32,000 nt of DNA from Nitrosopumilales archaeon (GTDB lineage Archaea > Thermoproteota > Nitrososphaeria > Nitrososphaerales > Nitrosopumilaceae), in contig QYQE01000026.1 of assembly GCA_007280335.1 (NCBI GenBank), positions 1 to 32,000 of the forward strand, read 5' to 3'. The position numbers and the translations under genes are program-made. How positions within the stretch are numbered: the first letter of the stretch is position 1; each line of letters starts with the position of its first letter. Of the stretch, positions 25,839-32,000 are shown one piece after another. The notes beneath the pieces were generated by a model, which was not told the DNA's origin, ran no database searches, and was given only the letters and a program-made list of their open reading frames with translations.

Positions 25839-26535
25839 AAATGGAATTAGATGTGACGGAAGAAGAGTAGATCAATTAAGAAATATATCTATCAAAGTGG
25901 GAGTTTTGAAAAACGCAGACGGCTCTGCATACATAGAGTTTGGTAAAAACAAAATTCTCGCTGGCGTTTTTGGACCTCGTGATGTTCATCCAAAACACAT
26001 GGCAAACCAAGACTCTGGAATTTTGCGTTGCCGATATCACATGTCTCCTTTTTCTGTTACAGAAAGAAAAAACCCCGCTCCTTCAAGAAGAGAAATAGAG
26101 ATCTCCAAAGTAATCAAAGAGGCATTATTGCCTGCTGTAATACTAAAGGACTTTCCTAGAACAGTAGTAGATGTCTTTATCGAAGTACTTCAGGCCGATG
26201 GAGGTACTAGATGTGCTGCACTGGACGCAGCATCTCTTGCTTTAGCGGATGCAGGAATACCAATGCGTGATCTGGTTTCTGCATGTGCAGCAGGAAAGGT
26301 CGCTGATCAAATAGTTTTGGATATTAACAATGAAGAAGATCAGGAAGGACAGGCTGACATGCCAATTGCATATATGCCAAACCTTGGAAAAATCACTCTA
26401 ATGCAACTTGATGGAATCTTGACTCCAGCTGAGTATCAAAAATGTGTTCAAACTGGAATAAATGGATGTAAACTAGTTTATGAAATACAAAGAAAAGCAC
26501 TAATGGACAAGTACTTTACAAATGAGGCACAATAG
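25819..26535 (+). CDS. rrp41: Exosome catalytic-ring subunit Rrp41 (RNase PH family)
   Basis: RCDGRRVDQLR, GSAYIEFGKNKI and QADGGTRCAALDAASLALADAGIPM are present. The start is taken at ATG 25819, and the track ORF is open from TTG 25807. Confidence 0.9.
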   Translation: MTQLMNENGIRCDGRRVDQLRNISIKVGVLKNADGSAYIEFGKNKILAGVFGPRDVHPKHMANQDSGILRCRYHMSPFSVTERKNPAPSRREIEISKVIKEALLPAVILKDFPRTVVDVFIEVLQADGGTRCAALDAASLALADAGIPMRDLVSACAAGKVADQIVLDINNEEDQEGQADMPIAYMPNLGKITLMQLDGILTPAEYQKCVQTGINGCKLVYEIQRKALMDKYFTNEAQ

Positions 26536-26537
26536 AC

Positions 26538-27344
26538 ATGGCTAATTCAGTTATACTTGCACAACTAAAAAGAGAACAAATCTTAGAACTCTTAAAAGAA
26601 GGAAAAAGACTTGATGGAAGAGGTTTTGAAGATCAACGACCACTCTCAATTGATGTTGGAGTAATTCCAAAGGCAAACGGTTCTGCAAGAGTAAGGCTTG
26701 GAGATACCGAGATTGTCACAGGAGTAAAGATTCAACCAGATAAACCATTTCCAGATCTTGGTGATAAAGGAATACTGATATGCACTGCTGAAATTCTTCC
26801 ACTCGCAGATCCTAATACAGAACCAGGCCCTCCATCTGAAGAAGTAATAGAGCTGGCAAGAGTTGTTGATCGAGGAATCAGAGAAACTGAGATGCTTGAC
26901 TTACACCAACTGGTTCTTATCGAGAACAAATCAGTAATTGGAATTTTTATCGATAGCAGTATAACAGACGCAAACGGAAATCTCTTTGATGCATGTTCAT
27001 ATGCTTCTGTTGCAGCTCTTCTATCATGTACTGTTCCAAAGTATGAAATCAAAGATGAGGCTCCGGTTCTAGTAGAAGGTGTAACTTCAAAACCTCCTGT
27101 AAAAACAATTCCAGTATCTATTACAATGGCAAGAATTGGAGATCATATTATCGTAGACCCATCATCATATGAAGAAGCTTGCATGGATGCACGATTGACA
27201 ATTACAACCAATACCGAGGGAAACATTTGTGCGCTTCAGAAGGGAGGAATTGATGGCTTTACCTTCGAGCAAGTGGTAAGATGCTCAGAAATTGCTCTTT
27301 CGGTGGGAACAAAAATAAGGAAGCAACTTGAGAAACTGATGTAA
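26538..27344 (+). CDS. rrp42: Exosome ring subunit Rrp42 (RNase PH family)
   Basis: RLDGRGFEDQRPL, NGSARVRLGDTEI and DANGNLFDACSYASVAAL are present. Confidence 0.9.
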   Translation: MANSVILAQLKREQILELLKEGKRLDGRGFEDQRPLSIDVGVIPKANGSARVRLGDTEIVTGVKIQPDKPFPDLGDKGILICTAEILPLADPNTEPGPPSEEVIELARVVDRGIRETEMLDLHQLVLIENKSVIGIFIDSSITDANGNLFDACSYASVAALLSCTVPKYEIKDEAPVLVEGVTSKPPVKTIPVSITMARIGDHIIVDPSSYEEACMDARLTITTNTEGNICALQKGGIDGFTFEQVVRCSEIALSVGTKIRKQLEKLM

Positions 27345-27345
27345 A

Positions 27346-27561
27346 ATGGTTAAAGGTAAAAGCTCATCATTAAAGGGACTTGGCTCAAAGTATGGTTTAA
27401 AACCACGTAAAAAATTTACTGCAGTTCACAGGCTTTTGAAAGCAAAGCGAAGATGTGTTGAATGCGGTTCCATCAAGTTTGGGCGCGTGGCAGTAGGTAT
27501 ATGGGCCTGCAAAAAATGCGGATTCAAAATAGCTGGAATGGCATATGACGTTAAGGTATAA
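27346..27561 (+). CDS. rpl37ae: Ribosomal protein eL43 (L37Ae)
   Basis: 71 aa with a zinc ribbon CVECGS...GIWACKKCG and the basic N-terminus YGLKPRKK. Confidence 0.85.
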   Translation: MVKGKSSSLKGLGSKYGLKPRKKFTAVHRLLKAKRRCVECGSIKFGRVAVGIWACKKCGFKIAGMAYDVKV

Positions 27562-27790
27562 TGCCAAGATAGAAATTTTTGCTAAAGAAAAAACAAAATC
27601 TATTTTTGACTCGATTCAAACAGACAACAAATTCTCCGCTGGAACTCCGACAAAAACAACAATATCTTTTGATAAAAAAATTACAATCTTAATTGATGCA
27701 CAAGAGATCTCACATTTGCGGGCAAATTTGAATTCGACGTTACGTCTTGTACAGGCAAGCAATGATTCTATCGAATCGGTAAAAATATAA
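27545..27790 (+). CDS. pcc1: KEOPS subunit Pcc1-like protein
   Basis: 81 aa. The pattern is A-x-I-E-I-F...A..I..S...D....(strand)..L.I...A.EISHLRANLNSTLRL. Its superoperon position also fits. Confidence 0.55.
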   Translation: MTLRYNAKIEIFAKEKTKSIFDSIQTDNKFSAGTPTKTTISFDKKITILIDAQEISHLRANLNSTLRLVQASNDSIESVKI

Positions 27791-27813
27791 GCAAATCAAC
27801 TCGTGAATCTAGC

Positions 27814-28203
27814 ATGTCTTCTGGCGAGCAACAAATTCCACCGTGGTTACAAGAACAAGTTGGAAGATTACAACAACTACAACAAAATCTCCAATCCATC
27901 ATGGGCCAAAAACAACACTTGGAGATGGATCAACTTGAGACAGAAAGAGCACTTGAAATTCTCAAAAAAGTAGGTGATAATGATGCCGTTTTCAAAAACG
28001 CAGGTTCCATACTAATAAAATCAACAAAAATAAGTCTTATTGCAGAACTAGAAGAAAAAAAAGAACTTGCAAACACTCGCATTACGGTATTATCAAAACA
28101 AGAAACACGCGTCAAAGAAAATCTTAAGGAAGCAGAGACCAAGATAAAAGAAATGCTGCGTGGACCATCTGACGGTCAACCAAAAATAGACACTCCCAAA
28201 TAA
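27814..28203 (+). CDS. pfdB: Prefoldin beta subunit
   Basis: 129 aa with two heptad-rich coiled coils flanking a central beta hairpin region VFKNAGSILIK. Its superoperon context also fits. Confidence 0.75.
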   Translation: MSSGEQQIPPWLQEQVGRLQQLQQNLQSIMGQKQHLEMDQLETERALEILKKVGDNDAVFKNAGSILIKSTKISLIAELEEKKELANTRITVLSKQETRVKENLKEAETKIKEMLRGPSDGQPKIDTPK

Positions 28204-28233
28204 AATATTAACAAACTCTGTAAATGTTGTATA

Positions 28234-28920
28234 ATGAAGATAAACGACCTGCGGATGATAATTGATGAGAGGGAGAAGAAAAGCGGAATCCCTGATCTTC
28301 TCAGAGCAGTTGGGGTAAACATTGAACTCAAAAATCTACCAGTAGGCGATTATATTGTGGCCCCAGAAACCATAGTGGAAAGAAAAAGCATTCAAGATTT
28401 TATCTCATCTGTTTTTGACGGAAGACTATTTGATCAATGTAACAGACTAAAAGAACACTTTGAGCATCCAATTATTTTGATGGAAGGTAATGTGGATCAA
28501 ATTGAAGAGCTTACTGAAAACCCGCTTGTTTTCTATGGTGCTATATCCTCAGTTGTTTTAGATTTTAAGATTCCAATCATTCCGACACCAAATGCATCAC
28601 ATACAGCAAAGCTTTTGATAGCTATGTGTACAAGACAGGAAAATAAAAAAGGTCCATTTTTGAAAAAAATAAAAAAATCAGATGATTTACAAAAACAGCA
28701 ACTATCTGTTCTTTGTAGCCTGCCAGGAGTAGGAGAAAAATTAGCAACCAGAATGCTAGAAAGGTTTGGTTCCCCAACTAATACACTAAAGGCCTCTTAC
28801 TCCGAGCTTTCAAAAATCAAAGGCATGGGAGAATCAAGAGCTCTTAAGATAAGAAAAATGCTTGATGCAGAAAACAAATTAAAGAAAAAAGTAGACCAAA
28901 AAACATTACACGATATCTGA
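28234..28920 (+). CDS. xpf: Short-form XPF/ERCC4 nuclease with a C-terminal HhH2
   Basis: IIDEREKKSGI, GDYIV...IVERKSIQDFISS..DGRLFDQ (ERK nuclease motif) and HhH LPGVGEKLATRMLERFGS...IKGMGESRA are present. The extreme C-terminus QKTLHDI is PIP-box-like but degenerate. Confidence 0.8.
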   Translation: MKINDLRMIIDEREKKSGIPDLLRAVGVNIELKNLPVGDYIVAPETIVERKSIQDFISSVFDGRLFDQCNRLKEHFEHPIILMEGNVDQIEELTENPLVFYGAISSVVLDFKIPIIPTPNASHTAKLLIAMCTRQENKKGPFLKKIKKSDDLQKQQLSVLCSLPGVGEKLATRMLERFGSPTNTLKASYSELSKIKGMGESRALKIRKMLDAENKLKKKVDQKTLHDI

Positions 28921-28957
28921 CATACAATTCAAATATCTGACTTTGTAAACGAATGAG

Positions 28958-29715
28958 ATGATTGTTTCACACATGTGGCTTGTTGAACATCTAAATGATC
29001 CTAATGTTGTGATCCTTGATTCTCGCGGTAATGTTGCATATTCTTATGCACACATACCAAATTCTTAACCACTCGGTGTTGAAAAAGTAATAATATCAAA
29101 TCAGTATGGTGCCAATTTAGTGTTTGATACAGACAAGGCTGCGAACCTTTTTGGTTCTATTGGAATTGATGAAACCAAGACCGTGATAATTTATGGTGAT
29201 TATATGGATCCCTCATCAGCAAGGATTGCTTGGACATTGCTTTATTTTGGCCATGATAAAACAAAAATTTTGGATATTGATATTAGAGGATGGCATCAAA
29301 AAGGACTAGCTGTTACTCGTGATATACCTACAATAAAATCAACTACATTTGTTCCAAAAATAAATGCAAATCTGAGAATTGAGGCTGAAGAACTAGTAAA
29401 AAAAATTGATACTGATGTAATTATAGATGCACGCACTCCGCAAGAATTTATGGCAGGAAGAATTCCTAATTCTATTTTAATTCCTTTTACAGACGGCATG
29501 GGACAACAAGGATTTCTTTTCAAAGAAAAAGAAGAAATGAAAAAATTTTTTGAAGAACAGAAAATTCCAAAGGACAAGGAAGTGGTTTGTTATTGTGTAC
29601 TTGGGCATAAGCAGCATATGTTTTTACACAACTAAAGATTGCAGGATATGAAAATGTCAGATTATACGATGGTTCATTTGCTGATTGGGCTGGAAGAAGA
29701 CTTCCTCTTGGCTGA
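28958..29715 (+). pseudogene. Two-domain rhodanese (thiosulfate/3-mercaptopyruvate sulfurtransferase-like) disrupted by a nonsense codon and a frameshift
   Basis: ATG 28958 gives MIVSHMWLVEHLNDPNVVILDSRGNVAYSYAHIPNS, followed by in-frame TAA 29066-29068. The same frame continues through the 29120-29635 ORF. After the active-site CYCVLGHK (about 29610) the frame runs out at 29635. The conserved tail AAYVFTQLKIAGYENVRLYDGSFADWAGRRLPLG continues in the -1 frame to TGA 29713-29715. Confidence 0.7.
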
Positions 29716-30180
29716 TCTACGGCTAAGATTGGTTCCACAAATAGGACACCGTGATATCTTTGAAAAGATTTTTTCACATCCAGAACAAAAATAAACCCAA
29801 TCCTTTACCTCTGTAATACCTTTGGTCATGATAGGAATGACTTTGAGGTTGAGTTGTTTGGCGGTGTTTGATATTGCGTAATCATCAGTAACTAGTTCTC
29901 CATCTATCTGCAAACACAGTGCAATAACAGAGATATCTCCTTTGGAAAGATTTTGAAAATCTCCAGTTTCTTTTGCTTTTGCCAATACTTTTGTAATGTA
30001 TTCCTTTTCAGGATCGGTAATCTCTAATCTTTTTGTTTCAACAAGTACATTTAATGCATCGTGATTTTTCTTGATGTGTTTTATTTCGTCAAAAACAACA
30101 GGGGTTGTATAGCTTTTCTCTTGTGAGGCGAAAGGGATGCCAGCATAAAAAGCACTTGCATCTAAAATTCTAGAAACCAA
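29674..30180 (-). CDS. nob1: Nob1-like PIN-domain endonuclease with a C-terminal zinc ribbon
   Basis: PIN N-terminus ILDASAFY, acidic residues in DEI and TDDY, and a CSGC...CPICG ribbon are present. The 3' end overlaps the rhodanese pseudogene tail. Confidence 0.7.
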   Translation of the reverse strand: MVSRILDASAFYAGIPFASQEKSYTTPVVFDEIKHIKKNHDALNVLVETKRLEITDPEKEYITKVLAKAKETGDFQNLSKGDISVIALCLQIDGELVTDDYAISNTAKQLNLKVIPIMTKGITEVKDWVYFCSGCEKIFSKISRCPICGTNLSRRSAKRKSSSSPISK

Positions 30181-30985
30181 GCTTGCTCATCTGTCTTAGA
30201 CCGCGCTTTTTGATTCTTACAAATACTGCCTGTTTTTTGTATTTTCTTATGGTTATGACATCATCATATCTTGCGGGTTTTATCACTTGGGCGTCCATGA
30301 TAATACTAGAATCGTGAGAACTAAGTATCTCAATTTTTTCATCTGGAACAACTAGTGATGGCAACTTGTTTACTGGTGCAACTGGTGTAATTATTAATAC
30401 ATCCAAACTTTCGTGCAATATTGGACCACCAAGAGAATAAGAATGTCCAGTAGAGCCACTGGGCGTTGCAATTATTACGCCATCCATTTTTTGTGTGACT
30501 GTATCATTTTGAAATCTGATTTCAAAAAGTGAAGTCTTTGTAAGATTTTGCCTGTTTATGAAAATCTCATTTAGGGCAGGTGGAAAATCCTGACCATTGC
30601 ATGAAGCAACAACTCTTATCCGCTTGTCAAGAAAAATATTATCTGAAAGTATTTGGTTTATGGCAGTATCAATCTCAGGCATTGTAATTTCGGATAATAT
30701 GCCCCTGTTTCCACCCACGTTTATAGCCAAATTTGGAACCTCGTTTTCTAAATATCTAAATGTACGTAAAGTTGTACCATCGCCACCACAAGTTATGGTC
30801 AAGTCAAGCTTTGCATCCTTTAATTCTTCCAAATCACTTACTTTTTTTGCACCTTCTACTTCTACTGGTGAAATGGTAAAAACTTGAGATTTTTTTGCAA
30901 GTAGTTTCTTTGCCACTTTTTTGGCAGCTTCCTCGGATTCTTTTGAACCGACCTTACTTACTACAGCTACTCTGTTAAGATTCAA
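30170..30985 (-). CDS. nadK: NAD kinase
   Basis: The GGDGT motif (ITCGGDGTTLR), NVGGNRGIL and ATPSGSTGHSYSLGGPI are present. TTG start. Confidence 0.85.
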   Translation of the reverse strand: MNLNRVAVVSKVGSKESEEAAKKVAKKLLAKKSQVFTISPVEVEGAKKVSDLEELKDAKLDLTITCGGDGTTLRTFRYLENEVPNLAINVGGNRGILSEITMPEIDTAINQILSDNIFLDKRIRVVASCNGQDFPPALNEIFINRQNLTKTSLFEIRFQNDTVTQKMDGVIIATPSGSTGHSYSLGGPILHESLDVLIITPVAPVNKLPSLVVPDEKIEILSSHDSSIIMDAQVIKPARYDDVITIRKYKKQAVFVRIKKRGLRQMSKLGF

Positions 30986-31073
30986 GCGGAAAGTAGTATT
31001 CCAGTTTCACTTAAAAAGCAACTGATAAGGATAAAATATAAGGACCTTTCATGGTAATTTATTCTGAAAGAAA

Positions 31074-31919
31074 ATGAGTTATGCAAATCCGGATGTTTTG
31101 ACAGATACTGAATGGGTCTCAAAAAATATCTCAAATAAAGCGATTAATATTGTTGAAGTGGACTATGATCCAGAAAATGGATACAGACAAGGCCACATTC
31201 AAGGTGCCAGTCTGATATGGTGGAAACGTGATATCAACGATCCAATAAGAAGAGACATCATAAGCAAAACCCAATTTGAAGACCTTATGGCAAGAAACGG
31301 CATTACTCCAGAATCTGAAGTTATCTTGTATGGTGATTTTAATAATTGGTTTGCAGCCTTTGTATTTTGGATTTTCAAGTATTATGGACACAAAAATGTC
31401 AAACTGATGAATGGCGGTAGAAAAAAATGGGAATTAGAAAAGAAACCATACACAAAAGATGAGCCACAAATTCAAAAAACAAAATATGATTCCCTTCCAC
31501 CTGATGAAGGACTGCGAGCATATCTATTTGATGTCAAAAGAGCAATTGATAGACAGGATACTGTATTAGTTGACGTACGATCTCCAAAAGAGTTTACTGG
31601 AGAGATAACTGCACCTCCAGAATATCCGATGGAACATGCACAAAGAGGTGGTCACATTCCTAAAGCAAATAACATTCCCTGGGCTACTGCGGTCAACGAT
31701 GCAGATGGCACTTTCAAATCCGTAAACGATCTAAAACAGATCTACGAGTCAAAGGGTGTGACACCAGACAAGGATGTGATATGTTATTGTAGAATTGGAG
31801 AAAGATCTTCACACTCGTGGTTTGTTCTCAAATATCTGCTAGGATATTCTCAAGTAAGAAACTATGATGGTTCATGGACTGAATGGGGTAACATGATCGG
31901 AAACCCAGTTGAAAAGTAA
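31074..31919 (+). CDS. Two-domain rhodanese sulfurtransferase (intact)
   Basis: GHIQGA is in domain 1. The catalytic loop is CYCRIGERSSHSWFVL, followed by VRNYDGSWTEWG. Confidence 0.85.
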   Translation: MSYANPDVLTDTEWVSKNISNKAINIVEVDYDPENGYRQGHIQGASLIWWKRDINDPIRRDIISKTQFEDLMARNGITPESEVILYGDFNNWFAAFVFWIFKYYGHKNVKLMNGGRKKWELEKKPYTKDEPQIQKTKYDSLPPDEGLRAYLFDVKRAIDRQDTVLVDVRSPKEFTGEITAPPEYPMEHAQRGGHIPKANNIPWATAVNDADGTFKSVNDLKQIYESKGVTPDKDVICYCRIGERSSHSWFVLKYLLGYSQVRNYDGSWTEWGNMIGNPVEK

Positions 31920-32000
31920 GAATTGAGCCAAGAACTTCCATTGCTAAAGAAAGGGATTTTCTATTTCATACGAGACGGTGATGATTCTATTATAATGGAA

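Noticed and set aside
1-32000. Search for CRISPR arrays, IS elements, transposases, integrases, rRNA genes or obvious defence-system genes
   Set aside because: None was seen. There are no regularly spaced direct repeats, DDE/tyrosine/serine recombinase motifs or long GC-rich structured RNA regions other than the single tRNA.

Overview
The window is a visibly AT-rich archaeal chromosomal segment. Gene content and order point, by inference only, to an ammonia-oxidising thaumarchaeon of the Nitrosopumilus type. The supporting genes are CDC48, a two-subunit 2-oxoacid:ferredoxin oxidoreductase, CofE, the RpoD-L18e-L13-S9 block, the SBDS-Rrp4-Rrp41-Rrp42-L37Ae-Pcc1-prefoldin beta exosome superoperon, a short XPF, Nob1 and NAD kinase. 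Most of the 32 kb is densely packed core housekeeping. I saw no CRISPR array, rRNA, transposase or integrase, and I cannot point to a clear multi-gene novel system.

The items most worth a second look are:
- A full-length LAGLIDADG intein (11054-12151) splits the WCPG|CGDFG cofactor motif of the oxidoreductase beta subunit.
- An unlisted 44-codon, 8-cysteine micro-ORF (8919-9053) lies between a radical-SAM gene and the oxidoreductase alpha gene.
- A small accessory-looking islet follows an intron-containing tRNA-Ser(GGA). It carries a bacterial-type DUF922 metallopeptidase-like gene, an 85-aa ORF resembling only the N-terminal domain of Cas1, a methyltransferase-like gene and an orphan AbrB/SpoVT gene with repeated TTCCTT hexamers upstream.
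- A rhodanese paralog is inactivated by one nonsense codon and one frameshift.
- Two different aconitase-family large/small subunit pairs sit in tandem.
- Several lineage-specific hypothetical genes are present, including a triple zinc-ribbon repeat protein and a pair of small paralogs.

All family assignments come from reading motifs by eye. No database search was run.
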